Of a stretch of 64,000 nucleotides of DNA, positions 48,165 to 57,744 are shown piece by piece (the first letter of the stretch is position 1; every line of letters begins with the position of its first letter). Below the pieces are notes generated by a model. That model was not told the DNA's origin. It saw only the letters and a program-made list of their open reading frames with translations, and did no database searches. Both the position numbers and the translations under genes were made by a program. The DNA comes from Vulcanimicrobiota bacterium (GTDB lineage: Bacteria; Vulcanimicrobiota; Xenobia; Xenobiales; JADMJV01), in NCBI GenBank assembly GCA_050250895.1, contig JBFWNU010000008.1:1-64000 (forward strand). The letters run 5' to 3'.

Positions 48165-48847
48165 TCTTCGCTGCCAGCTTCCTCGCCGATCGGGTTCTGG
48201 ATCATCTCGGCCTTGTATTCTTCCTCGACCGCGTCTTTCGCCTCGGGCTTCCAACCGAGCACTCCCAGCAACTTGTTGCGGATCTGCTGGTTGGAGAGAA
48301 GCTTGCGCGCCACCGAGTCGCCCTTGATGATGATCCATTCCAGCGCGGAAGTCGGTTGACGCTCGCCGCTCTCGCGTCGTTCTTTGTGTAAGATCACCAT
48401 TTCATCCCAGACGGCGTCGGCATCTTGCTTGTAGCGGCGGGCCCGCTTGCAAAGCCCTTTGACCACACGACTGTCGCAGAAGTCGACCTTGGCTTCGGTC
48501 AGATACAAGGCCCGGTTGCCCAACTCGACAATGTGCTCGCCCAGCGAGCGGCGATAGGCCTGTAGGTTGTAGCGGACGAATTGCTGCGAAAGAAAGCCGG
48601 TGACCTTGTTCTTCTTGGCCACCTCGGAAAGGTTCGACTCGAGTTCCTTCTCGTGGGTCTTGCCTTGCTCGAACATCTCGTCCATCGCTCGGCAGCCATC
48701 GAGAAGCCCCTCGTCAAAGATGCGGTTCTTCTTATAGACCGTGTAGATCTCGTGGGCTACCTTGACCAACACTTCTTCATGAAGCGCGGTCAGGGCGATC
48801 CAGCGGTGAAGGAGACGAAGCTCAGCTCGCTTATAGTTCTTGCTCAA
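48161..48847 (-). CDS. Hypothetical helical protein
   Basis: 228-aa ORF of natural charged composition, stop-start coupled to the downstream gene. Confidence 0.8.
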   Translation of the reverse strand: MSKNYKRAELRLLHRWIALTALHEEVLVKVAHEIYTVYKKNRIFDEGLLDGCRAMDEMFEQGKTHEKELESNLSEVAKKNKVTGFLSQQFVRYNLQAYRRSLGEHIVELGNRALYLTEAKVDFCDSRVVKGLCKRARRYKQDADAVWDEMVILHKERRESGERQPTSALEWIIIKGDSVARKLLSNQQIRNKLLGVLGWKPEAKDAVEEEYKAEMIQNPIGEEAGSEE

Positions 48848-48980
48848 GGCGCTAAGTAGACCATCCTCGCTAGTTCGGTGTTCGCCAAACCCCGGCTCGG
48901 TGCCCTGCCGACTGCGGTGGTTTCTATACGTTCGGCGAAAGAGGAGGACGAGCGTCAGGCCTCAAAAACCGAATGATAAG

Positions 48981-50825
48981 ATGAACTGTTCTATCTGTCG
49001 CACCCCGGCTGCCCCTGACGAACTCGAAGCTGGTCTGTGCAGCACCTGTCGCGCCACCTACCATTCTATCTTTCAGCAGCGTCCTCCGCTCGAGCCTGGC
49101 CATGGCTTGATGGGCGGAACCCTGGTGGTCGAACAACTCATCGGAGTGGGTGGGTCAGGGTTGATCTACCAATCTCGTGAGCAGTCCTCGGGAGCGCGGG
49201 TAGCGGTCAAAGAGATCTTTCCCACCGGTTGTGCTCGCCAGGGCTACCAGGTGGTGGCGCCCGGTCGCGAAGCGCAGACGGCACTGTCCGAGTGCACCGA
49301 TCACGCTCGCAACGAGGCCAACGTGCTGTCGGTCTTCGACCACCCGGGACTGCTCAAGATTCATGCCACCTTCGAAGAGAACTCGACGGTCTATACGGTG
49401 ATGGAGTTGCTCGAAGGTCAAGATGTCCGCCAGCGGTCAAGTCAGGGCCTGCAGGTCGAGGAGTTGCTCGACTGGGTGGGGCAGGTCTGTGACGCGCTCG
49501 AGACTCTGCATCAGCGCGGAGTCATTCACGGTGATATCAAGCCAGACAACCTTTACGTAACCGACGAAGGCCGATGTGTGTTGCTCGATTTCGGAGCGGC
49601 CATTTACTACAAGGCCGGCCGGGCCGAGACGCGCGAGATGACGGCCGGTTACGCGGCCCCCGAGCAGTTGCCTCGCAGCCGCCACCGCGAGGGCCCCTGG
49701 ACCGACCTCTATTCGCTTTGCGCAACCCTATACCACTTATTGTCAGGTCGTCTGCCCGCCGCTGAGGCTTCGGTGCGCAAGAAAGAGAAGCTGGTCGAAC
49801 TGCACAAGGTTCAAGCCCAGGTGCCCGAGCAGGTGAGTGCTGCCATTTTGGGTGGACTTGAACTCGAGCCCGACCGCCGCCCCGGCAGCCTCGAGATTTT
49901 CACGGCTTTGATCGGCGCGCCTACGTCACGTTTCGCCGAGCTCGAAAAGCTGACCATGGAATGGCAGTTTGATGGACGATTGCGCCCCATTCGAGCCGTC
50001 GACGCCTCCGCCGACGGTCAGGTCCTGGCCGCCGGAGGCCAGAGCGGAACCACTTTTCTGTCCCCCGTCAACGGCAAACAAGACCCGCTCAAGCTGCGGC
50101 TGGCCGGGCAGTTGAGCGGGCTTGCTCTCAATCACCGAGGCGACCGTATCGTGGCCGGCTCGGATCTGGGCAAAGTGAAGCTGTTTAGCGCCAAGGGTGA
50201 CGAGCTGGCTTGTCTGCTCGAAGAGCGACGCATCGGCAGCGTGGCCTTCGCGCCCAACAACATGCTGTTGGCGGCCGGGCTGTTCGAAGGGCAGATCCTG
50301 GTCTGGAACAACACAGGGGCGGTCGCCCACACTCTCGAGGGACACGACAACATGGTCCGCTGCCTGGCCTTTTCGCCCGATTGCAAACAGCTGGCCAGCG
50401 GCTCTCACGACGGCACCGCCCGGCTGTGGGATGTCACTTCTGGCCAGGAGCTGTGCCGCTTTGACGAGCACGATCAGGTGGTGTATGCTCTGCGGTTTTC
50501 GCCCAATGGCCGGCTGGTGGCCACCGGTTCGGCCGACAGCGTGGTCAGGGTTTGGGTTACTTCGGAGGGCACCCAAACTCGGACCTTGCGCGGAGAGGGC
50601 GAAGTGGTGCGAGGGCTGGCCTTTTCCCCCGACGGACAATGGATAGCCGTGGCCTGTCAGACAGGCCATCTCGAGATCTACTCGCTGGCCAGCGGCCGCC
50701 GTCGCGCCCTGATCGCCAAGGACAAACAACTGGTCGGGGTGGTCTGGACCCCCCAGGGCCTGGTCAGTGTCAGCGAGGATGGTCGTCTCAGGGGTTGGAA
50801 AACAGACCCCTTCACGGGCCTTTAA
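48981..50825 (+). CDS. Hanks-type Ser/Thr kinase with C-terminal WD40 repeats
   Basis: GVGGSG, VAVKE, HGDIKPDN, DFG, APEQ; GH...AFSPD..LASGS.DGTARLWD; N-terminal CxxC..CxxC. Confidence 0.93.
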   Translation: MNCSICRTPAAPDELEAGLCSTCRATYHSIFQQRPPLEPGHGLMGGTLVVEQLIGVGGSGLIYQSREQSSGARVAVKEIFPTGCARQGYQVVAPGREAQTALSECTDHARNEANVLSVFDHPGLLKIHATFEENSTVYTVMELLEGQDVRQRSSQGLQVEELLDWVGQVCDALETLHQRGVIHGDIKPDNLYVTDEGRCVLLDFGAAIYYKAGRAETREMTAGYAAPEQLPRSRHREGPWTDLYSLCATLYHLLSGRLPAAEASVRKKEKLVELHKVQAQVPEQVSAAILGGLELEPDRRPGSLEIFTALIGAPTSRFAELEKLTMEWQFDGRLRPIRAVDASADGQVLAAGGQSGTTFLSPVNGKQDPLKLRLAGQLSGLALNHRGDRIVAGSDLGKVKLFSAKGDELACLLEERRIGSVAFAPNNMLLAAGLFEGQILVWNNTGAVAHTLEGHDNMVRCLAFSPDCKQLASGSHDGTARLWDVTSGQELCRFDEHDQVVYALRFSPNGRLVATGSADSVVRVWVTSEGTQTRTLRGEGEVVRGLAFSPDGQWIAVACQTGHLEIYSLASGRRRALIAKDKQLVGVVWTPQGLVSVSEDGRLRGWKTDPFTGL

Positions 50826-50874
50826 CAGCAAGAATCTCGCTGCCGACCGAGAATAGGGGGACGACGGGGGAGCC

Positions 50875-51453
50875 GTGCCGGTGGATATTCACAAAGCCAA
50901 AGACATTACCAAACTGGTAAAGACGGCCGTTCGCACCATGGTGAACGATGTCAAAGCCGAACGCGCCATGGTGGTGCTGTTGTCTCCCTCGCAACGCCGC
51001 CCCACCCCGGCCGGTCAGTTCGGCTTCGCCGGGGACGACATCTGGAACGACGCCAGTATCAACCAGCGGGTGCTCAAGCAGGTCATGCAGCAGCCCAAGA
51101 CGGTCTTCGTGCTAGACTCGCACAACGACTCCCAGTTTCGCTCCACCTCAGCCCACCGAGCCGTGCTGTGTGTGCCTTTAGGTGATGTCGGTTTTCTCTA
51201 CTGCGATCACTCCAATCCCGGTGGCCTTGACCACTCTTCGCGTCGCACCGTCGAAGAACTGGCCAACGGCTTCGTCCGCCGCCACAATGAACTGACCGAG
51301 CCTCAGGCTACCGCTCTGATTGAAGACGAAGGTCCGGTGGGCTTCAAGACCCTGGTCGACGAACCGGCCTTGCGTTCAAACATGGGCATGCTGCTCCTGA
51401 TGGTCATCATCGTCATCGCCACCCTGGTCGCCGTCATCTACTTCAGCGGCTGA
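50875..51453 (+). CDS. GAF-like domain protein with C-terminal TM anchor
   Basis: RAVLCVPL..VGFLYCD; hydrophobic tail. Confidence 0.75.
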   Translation: MPVDIHKAKDITKLVKTAVRTMVNDVKAERAMVVLLSPSQRRPTPAGQFGFAGDDIWNDASINQRVLKQVMQQPKTVFVLDSHNDSQFRSTSAHRAVLCVPLGDVGFLYCDHSNPGGLDHSSRRTVEELANGFVRRHNELTEPQATALIEDEGPVGFKTLVDEPALRSNMGMLLLMVIIVIATLVAVIYFSG

Positions 51454-52551
51454 TTCCGGTTGGGGCGGGGGCGCTCATTGTGAAAACCGCCGAGACGCAA
51501 AGGCGCCGAGGGGCCGGCATTCTCTTCACGTTGATCTCTCGAATGGGAGAACGCCAAGTTATGCGGTGGGCGCGGAGGTCGGGCACTTGTGGGAGCTACA
51601 CGACGCCGCGACTTCCAGCTGGAAGTGCTCGGCAATCGCCGCAGGCACCTCCCCATATGCGACCGTTCCCGAGCCGAGCCGCAAGCAGGCACAGCCGGCA
51701 GCAACGCTGTAACGACCAGCCTGGCGCCCTGAGCGGGGATAGGGGATGGACGTGTGCGCCTGCTGGATCGAGCAGCCCCCTTTCGATGTGGCAAAACGCT
51801 AACCCATAAAATTCAGTGGGACGCCCCACTGCGCCACGCGGTAAGCGGTGTCTGGAGAGCGTTGGCCGCCGGGATGTTGGGTCGGCGTGGCGATTTGTGC
51901 GCCGTACAGTGACGATTTGTGAGTGTACGGCCCAAGTGTGCGCCGCACAGTGGTCCTGGTGGTGTGTGCGGCGCACACCGGGCTGGTCCGCCACTAGTTG
52001 CCAGATCGCCCCTCGCTGGGGCGGACCTGTGACCCGCCCCGACCGCGGCTCGCCGCCGGTCTTCCTCACGGAAGTAGCGTCTTCCAGCTGGAAGTGGCCC
52101 GGCCAGGCGAGTACGGCACCACCAGGTGCCGAATTTGGCGCTACCCAGCGCCGTATTCACCACGCGGACCTGTGCTCCGATCCAGCCGTCTTTACTTCAG
52201 CGGTTGATTCCGGCTGGGGCGGGGGCTCGGTTGTGAAAACCAGACGCAAGACCGGCATTCACGGTGATCGCTCGGATGGGAGAGCCGCGAAGACACACGG
52301 TGGCGCGCAGGTCGCGGGACTTGTGGGACCTACACGACGCCGTAACGAACGGCCTGGCGCCTGAGCGGGGATAGGGGGATGGACGTGTGCGCCTGCTGGA
52401 TCGGGCAGCCCCCTTTCGATGTGGCAAAACGCTAACCCATAAATTCGGCAGGACGCTCTCCCCACGCCCCGCACGACCTTCTCCGTGTCCTCCTGATCTC
52501 CGCGGTTCATTTCTCTGGCGCCCACTGGCGCTACGCCGACCTGTGCTCCGA
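51430..52551. repeat. Diverged tandem duplication starting inside the 3' end of the upstream gene
   Basis: 51430-51814 is similar to 52185-52446, including a near-identical ~95-bp block CTGGCGCC..GAGCGGGGATAGG..GGCAAAACGCTAACCCATAAA; both copies end near GACCTGTGCTCCGA (52167, 52538). Confidence 0.88.
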
Positions 52552-52653
52552 CCACAGACACGCCCTCGACCGCCAGGAGGCGCACTTCGGAGGCAGACAA
52601 GCGACGGGCTGCCCAGCACCGCTTACTCCGTGTCAATGAGATGAGGCGTCGCT

Positions 52654-52956
52654 CTATCCTTCGACGCTGACCAGCAACCCATAGATCGACGAGGCTCCGA
52701 TCCAGCCGTTGGTGCCGCCGACGTTGTTGCCGATGAGAAATTGGCCGTGGCGTCGGGCCTGGATGAGATGGAGGAACTGGCTCCGGCCCACCTTGCAAAG
52801 GACGATGTCACCCTTACGAAGTTGAGCCGGGTCAACCGGGGCCACGGTCACCAGATCGCCTGACTCGATGCGACCTTTCATGGAGTGTCCTCGAGGTCGA
52901 AAGGAAACCGTTTCGCCACGCTGGAGAGCTGCAATGTAGGAGTTGGCCCATCCCAT
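52654..52956 (-). CDS. Stand-alone S24/S26 peptidase-like protein (100 aa)
   Basis: RGHSMKGRIESGD, GDIVL, FLHLI, IGNN; no TM or HTH. Confidence 0.82.
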   Translation of the reverse strand: MGWANSYIAALQRGETVSFRPRGHSMKGRIESGDLVTVAPVDPAQLRKGDIVLCKVGRSQFLHLIQARRHGQFLIGNNVGGTNGWIGASSIYGLLVSVEG

Positions 52957-53067
52957 AGACACAAATATTGGAAGATTCGCCCCAATATTCCTCCCTTCGC
53001 CCCCCACCCCTCAGCCGCGAACATCCCACTCCAGCCACGGCCACCAATCCCAAAAAAGGAGCGAGCT

Positions 53068-53385
53068 GGTTCACCCTGAGAATCGCGGTGTGAAGGTCGG
53101 TTTCGGGGGTTCACCCCAAGAAATCGCGGGCTTGGCCGGGCGGCGGCCGGGCTAGGTGGTGGACGGCCGGGTTGACCGTCCGGCTGGTGGGCGGGGGCGG
53201 GGGTTCACCCCGAGAATCGCGGTGTGAAGGTCGGTTTTCGGGGGTTCACCCCGAGAAATCGCGGGGTGAAGGTCGGTTTCGGGGGTTCACCCCGAGAGTC
53301 GCGGTGTGAAGGTCGGTTTCGGGGGTTCACCCCGAGAATCGCGGTGTGAAGGTCGGTTTCGGGGGTTCACCCCGAGAAATCGCGG
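53068..53385. repeat. 40-bp head-to-tail tandem repeat without spacers
   Basis: GGGGGTTCACCCCGAGAATCGCGGTGTGAAGGTCGGTTTC at 53199, 53240, 53281, 53321, partial at 53361, plus about 1.5 copies at 53068-53129. Confidence 0.95.
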
Positions 53386-53424
53386 GTTGGCCGGGCGGCG
53401 GCCGGGCTAGTGGTGGACGGCTCC

Positions 53425-53822
53425 CACGTCCCCGATTCACCCCCCGCTCCGCGCCCTCCGTTGCTCTCCGCGTTTAAAACCGATGAACCGCCCCGTCCCA
53501 GAGCCTCTAACCCTCCACCTTCAGCCGCGAACATCCCACTCCAGCCACGGCCACCAACCCCCAAAAAGCACGTCCCCGATTCACCCCCTCTCCGCGCCCT
53601 CTGTGGATCTCCGCGTTGAAAACCGATGAACCACCCCCGTCCCAGAGCCTCTAACCTCCACCCCGCAGCCGTGAACATCGCACTCCAGCCACGGCCACCA
53701 ACCCCAAAAACAGAGCGAGCGCCCACGTCCCCGATTCACCCCCCTCTCCGCGTCCTCCGTGATCTCCGTGGATCTCCGCGTTGAAAACCGATGAACCGCC
53801 CCCGTCCCAGAGCCTCTAACCC
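53425..53822. repeat. ~145-155-bp tandem repeat (two full copies and a partial third)
   Basis: CACGTCCCCGATTCACCCCC at 53425, 53569, 53724; sub-block CAGCCGCGAACATCCCACTCCAGCCACGGCCACCAA also at ~53012. Confidence 0.93.
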
Positions 53823-53833
53823 TGGGCGCCCAC

Positions 53834-54406
53834 CTAAAGCATGGGCTCGGTGATCTGGATGGTCGAGATGTGATCCTCTTCGACCAAGAAATGAATCCCG
53901 ACCGCCCAATAGTGCAGGTTGTAGTGCTTCTCGTCCCCCTCGTATTCGTAGTGCTCCGAGAAGGTGCGCATCACCGCATCCACGTCGCTGCCGACCCCGA
54001 TCCCGGAGCGGGTCTTGAACTGAGGGTTCTTGACCAAAATGCTGACGATATGCCCGCCTCTGGTCGACAACGAGATTCCGGCTTCAGGATAGACGTGCAG
54101 TTGAGCGTCGTGGGCCGGGCGAATGATGCTTTTGCCGAGCTTGTTTTCCAGTTCGCTGACGGCCAACCCTAGCATGATGAAACCGACTCGCTGGCCGGGA
54201 ACGATGAGCAGATCCTCGGGGCCGGCAGTTACAGGGGGGCCAGGCTCGAGCCTCGGGCGGCTGACCACCTCGGCTCCCACCGCCAGCAGCAACAACAGCA
54301 GGGAGGCGAGCAAGAGCAGACGGACCATCCAGGAAACGTGAGTGGGGGCGGTATCTGGCCCCTCCTCATCGTCCTGGGGTTGGTGTACTAATGCCTCGGA
54401 CGCCAC
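53834..54406 (-). CDS. Single-TM membrane protein
   Basis: TM LLLLASLLLLLLAVG; IVPGQRVG..LG, FKTRSGIGVGS. Confidence 0.8.
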   Translation of the reverse strand: MASEALVHQPQDDEEGPDTAPTHVSWMVRLLLLASLLLLLLAVGAEVVSRPRLEPGPPVTAGPEDLLIVPGQRVGFIMLGLAVSELENKLGKSIIRPAHDAQLHVYPEAGISLSTRGGHIVSILVKNPQFKTRSGIGVGSDVDAVMRTFSEHYEYEGDEKHYNLHYWAVGIHFLVEEDHISTIQITEPML

Positions 54407-54563
54407 CCTACTAGTCTTCGAGTCCTCGGTTACCCTCCCTTTTTACGCCTTTCTCGTGGCCAGTTCGAGGGAGCGGTGGCAAGGTGGTCCAACGCACGCG
54501 ACTCCTTGTTCCGCTCCCTCCGGACGGGCTGGCGCGGCACGCATCCCACCTACCCGTTGAGGA

Positions 54564-54593
54564 TTGACAGGGTAGGGCGACTGTGGTAATACT
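54564..54593 (+). promoter_or_regulatory. Putative sigma70 promoter for the small ORF and tRNA-Arg
   Basis: TTGACA (54564-54569), 17-bp spacer ending TGTGG, then TAATACT (imperfect -10). Confidence 0.5.
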
Positions 54594-54622
54594 GTGGGTG
54601 TCCTGAAGGAAGGGCTGCTATT

Positions 54623-54829
54623 TTGGAACTTATCCTGATATGGCTGACCCTCGGACTGGGCGTCCTGATGACCTGCGGGCTCGACGAGACCATCGCAGCC
54701 GTCTCGATGGATGTCGACGCCGAGGCGTCGGAAGCGTCGAAGACCTTGTATGGAACTGTCTGTCTGATGTTGATGGTTTTGACCTGGCCGATAGTCCTTC
54801 TCGAGATGGTTCGCACAGGACAAAAATAA
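54623..54829 (+). CDS. Small two-TM protein
   Basis: AAGGAAGG upstream of TTG; two hydrophobic segments; ends just before the tRNA. Confidence 0.6.
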   Translation: MELILIWLTLGLGVLMTCGLDETIAAVSMDVDAEASEASKTLYGTVCLMLMVLTWPIVLLEMVRTGQK

Positions 54830-54837
54830 GCAAAAAT

Positions 54838-54913
54838 GTGCCCGTAGCTCAATGGATAGAGCGTCTGGCTACGGACCAGAAGGTTGGGGGTTCGAGTCCC
54901 TCCGGGCACGCCA
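54838..54913 (+). tRNA. tRNA-Arg (ACG)
   Basis: Acceptor GTGCCCG/CGGGCAC, D arm GCTC/GAGC, anticodon stem TCTGG/CCAGA with loop CTACGGA, T loop TTCGAGT, encoded CCA; 76 nt. Confidence 0.98.
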
Positions 54914-56002
54914 ATCGCGGGCAGCATAGCCCACGAGTTCGACGTAGCCCACTCCCTCAACACCGGAGTGGGCTTCTTTGATTTTGACCGCCCCCTCCCA
55001 GTAGCGAACCGAGACTTGCAGCTCTTGATTGGCCAGCGCCGGCTCGATGCGATAGAGCTTTCCCTTCGAGGGAATCGCCAGTTCCCAACCGGCGGGGTAC
55101 TCGACGCCGCTGGACGGGCTGGTCCAGCTGCCCGTCGCTCGGAGCGAGAAGTCTTTGGCTCGCAGCGGCTCACCGGCAAAGGTGCCAGCGTTGAAGTCGT
55201 CCCACGTTCCGTCCTGGCGGCGCAGGCGAAACGCCATGATGTCGGTCCCGTCCTCCATCTGTAGCGAGAACCAGTCCCACCCCTCGAGATGATCGGCCAG
55301 GGTGTGGCTGCTCCATTCGTGGTCCATCCAACTGTTGCCACTCACTTCGAAGACCTCTCCGTCGACGGTGAGGTGACCTCGGGTCGGCAGGCGGGTCAGG
55401 GAGTAGTAGTAGGAGGCCACTCCTGTCTCGGCGGCCTTGCGCGAGAAGCCGCGGTCGCCCTGCAGGGTTGGCTCGACCGCGAGCAGGTCGAGTTCTAGCC
55501 CGTCAGCCTGTAAATGAAAGCCCCGTGGGTCGCGTAGGCAGCTCCAGGGGCCGCACCACACTTTGGTTTCATTGGCCCCGGCCAGACCCAGGCTAGCCCG
55601 AGACGTGCGTTCTCGAGAGTGAAACTGACCGCCGTCGATGTCCGAGATGGCCAGGTGAGCGAGATAGACCTGAGAAGCGCTCCAGGCTGAATTGGCCGCC
55701 GGTTCGGGCAACTCGGCAGCCGAGCGAAAGAAGGTCAGTTGATAACCGAACCGGCTTCCCTGGCTCTGGAGGTTGCCGGTGAAATACCACCATTCGGTTC
55801 GGTAGTCGGGGTGAGGTCCGTGATCGGCCGGAAAGGACATGGGCTTGGGGCCCAGGACCGGGGTGAAGCGGTCGGATTGGCCTCCCAGGGCCTGACGAAG
55901 GTCGACACTAGCTCGGGGAGGAGGCGGGTCCGGGCGCCAGCTCAAGCTGGCCAACAGCAGGCCGAACAGGACCAGGACCAGGAGCATTGCACGCCCGGTC
56001 AT
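54869..56002 (-). CDS. Lipocalin-like AttH/CrtC-family protein
   Basis: FPADHGPHPDYRTEWWY, SYYYS, WMDHEWS, GWDWFS, YPAGW, YWEGAV, GYVELVGY. Confidence 0.92.
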   Translation of the reverse strand: MTGRAMLLVLVLFGLLLASLSWRPDPPPPRASVDLRQALGGQSDRFTPVLGPKPMSFPADHGPHPDYRTEWWYFTGNLQSQGSRFGYQLTFFRSAAELPEPAANSAWSASQVYLAHLAISDIDGGQFHSRERTSRASLGLAGANETKVWCGPWSCLRDPRGFHLQADGLELDLLAVEPTLQGDRGFSRKAAETGVASYYYSLTRLPTRGHLTVDGEVFEVSGNSWMDHEWSSHTLADHLEGWDWFSLQMEDGTDIMAFRLRRQDGTWDDFNAGTFAGEPLRAKDFSLRATGSWTSPSSGVEYPAGWELAIPSKGKLYRIEPALANQELQVSVRYWEGAVKIKEAHSGVEGVGYVELVGYAARDWRARRDSNPQPSGP

Positions 56003-56652
56003 TCCAGCCGCCCCGCCCGCATCGAGTAGACTCTGTCGGTGCTCTGGCTTGCCTCGCGACTGTGGGTGGCCATTACCATCGTCTGGTTGGATTCGGTGGC
56101 CATTTCGGCCAGCAGTTCCAAGACGGAGGCCCCGGTCTCGGCGTCGAGGTTGCCGGTAGGCTCGTCGGCTAACACCAGGGCCGGTCGATGGACCAGGGCC
56201 CGGGCTACGGCCACCCGCTGTTGCTCGCCCCCCGACAGCTTGTCGGGGTAGCTGTGGCTACGTTCGAGCAATCCGACCCGGTCGAGCAGGGCATCGACTC
56301 GGTCGGGCTCGTCCAGGCCGTTGAGTTCCAGCGGGAGCCGCACGTTTTCGGCCACCGTCAGGGTCGGCAGCAGATTGAAGAACTGGAAGACAAAGCCGAT
56401 CCGACGTCGCCGAAACAGGGTGCGCCCCCGCTCGTCGAGCTGGGCCAGGTCCTGGCCGGCGACCGTCACCTGACCCCGATCGGGCAGATCGATGCCGGCC
56501 AACAGGTTGAGCAGGGTCGACTTGCCCGACCCGCTCTTGCCCACCAGTGCGATGCGCTGGCCGGGAGAAACAGAAAGCGACAGGTCATCGAGGATGACCC
56601 GTCGCCCTTGTGCCTCAGGATAAGACTTGCTAATCCCTACGAGTTCGATCAT
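55999..56652 (-). CDS. ABC ATP-binding protein (LolD/AttE-like)
   Basis: [34 protein letters not shown]. Confidence 0.95.
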   Translation of the reverse strand: MIELVGISKSYPEAQGRRVILDDLSLSVSPGQRIALVGKSGSGKSTLLNLLAGIDLPDRGQVTVAGQDLAQLDERGRTLFRRRRIGFVFQFFNLLPTLTVAENVRLPLELNGLDEPDRVDALLDRVGLLERSHSYPDKLSGGEQQRVAVARALVHRPALVLADEPTGNLDAETGASVLELLAEMATESNQTMVMATHSREASQSTDRVYSMRAGRLE

Positions 56653-56676
56653 TGCGCGCGCCGCGCGGGACCGAAT

Positions 56677-57744
56677 CTAAGCCAGGGTGACCTCGTCATT
56701 GAGATACACATCCTGGATGGCGTGAAGCAGGGCCACACCGTCCTTCATCGGCTTCTGGAACGCTTTGCGACCAGAAATGAGACCCATTCCGCCGGCCCGC
56801 TTGTTGATCACAGCGGTCTTGACCGCCTGAGCCATGTCGTTTTCACCCGAGGCGCCCCCCGAATTGATCAGACCGGCGCGGCCCATGTAGCAGTTGGCCA
56901 CCTGGTAACGGGTCAGGTCAATGGGGTGATCGGTGCACAGCTGGTCGTACATCTTCTTGTGAGACTTGGCGAACTTGATGGCCGTGAAGCCGCCATTGTT
57001 TTCGGGCTGCTTCTGCTTGATGATGTCGGCCTCGATGGTGACGCCCAGGTGGTTGGCCTGGCCGGTGAGGTCGGCGGCCACGTGGTAGTCGGTGCCGTTG
57101 TGGTTGAACTCAGAGTTGCGAGCGTAGCACCACAGGATGGTGGCCATGCCCAGATCGTGGGCCAGCTTGAAAGCCTGGGCGATCTCGACGATCTGACGGC
57201 GAGACTCGGCCGAGCCGAAATAGATGGTAGCGCCCACGGCCACGGCGCCCATATCCCAGGCTTGCTTGACGGTGCCGAACATGACCTGGTCATAGCTGTT
57301 GGGATAGGTCATCAGCTCATTATGGTTGATCTTGACCACGAACGGGATACGATGCGCATACTTGCGGGCCACGGCGCCGAGCACGCCATAGGTCGAAGCC
57401 ACCGCGTTACAGCCGCCCTCGATGGCCAGTTTGACGATGTTTTCGGGATCGAAGTAGAGCGGGTTGGGCGCGAAGGAAGCGCCGGCGGTGTGCTCGATGC
57501 CCTGGTCGACCGGCAAGATCGAGAGGTAGCCGGTGTTGGCCAGACGGCCATGCCCGAAGAGCTGCTGCAGGCTGCGCAGCACTGGGATGGGGCGATCGGA
57601 CTGGGTCCAGATATTGGCGACGAAGTCCGGTCCGGGGACGTGCAGGTTCGAGGCCGCAATGGTCTCGCACTTGTGCTTGAGAAGATAGTCGGCCTCGTCG
57701 CCGAGCAGGTCGTGGAGGTTGGTTTTTTCAGCCGTGATGCTCAC
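56677..57744 (-). CDS. fbaB: Class I fructose-bisphosphate aldolase
   Basis: [42 protein letters not shown]. Confidence 0.96.
   Translation of the reverse strand: MSITAEKTNLHDLLGDEADYLLKHKCETIAASNLHVPGPDFVANIWTQSDRPIPVLRSLQQLFGHGRLANTGYLSILPVDQGIEHTAGASFAPNPLYFDPENIVKLAIEGGCNAVASTYGVLGAVARKYAHRIPFVVKINHNELMTYPNSYDQVMFGTVKQAWDMGAVAVGATIYFGSAESRRQIVEIAQAFKLAHDLGMATILWCYARNSEFNHNGTDYHVAADLTGQANHLGVTIEADIIKQKQPENNGGFTAIKFAKSHKKMYDQLCTDHPIDLTRYQVANCYMGRAGLINSGGASGENDMAQAVKTAVINKRAGGMGLISGRKAFQKPMKDGVALLHAIQDVYLNDEVTLA

Noticed and set aside
50823-50849. Sigma28-like promoter TAAC-N15-GCCGACCG
   Set aside because: Correct spacing but several mismatches; likely by chance in GC-rich DNA.
51780-51812. 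c-di-GMP-I riboswitch suggested by GGCAAAAC
   Set aside because: Lacks the GNRA-capped P2 stem and downstream GCAAAG/P3 arrangement.
53199-53385. CRISPR array
   Set aside because: Units are contiguous with no unique spacers; no cas genes or leader.
51438-53726. ORFs other than 52654-52956 in the right repeat region
   Set aside because: Translations of repeats with atypical composition; indels differ between copies.
54838-54913. tRNA as the attachment site of an integrated element
   Set aside because: No integrase and no second copy of the tRNA 3' end noticed in the window.
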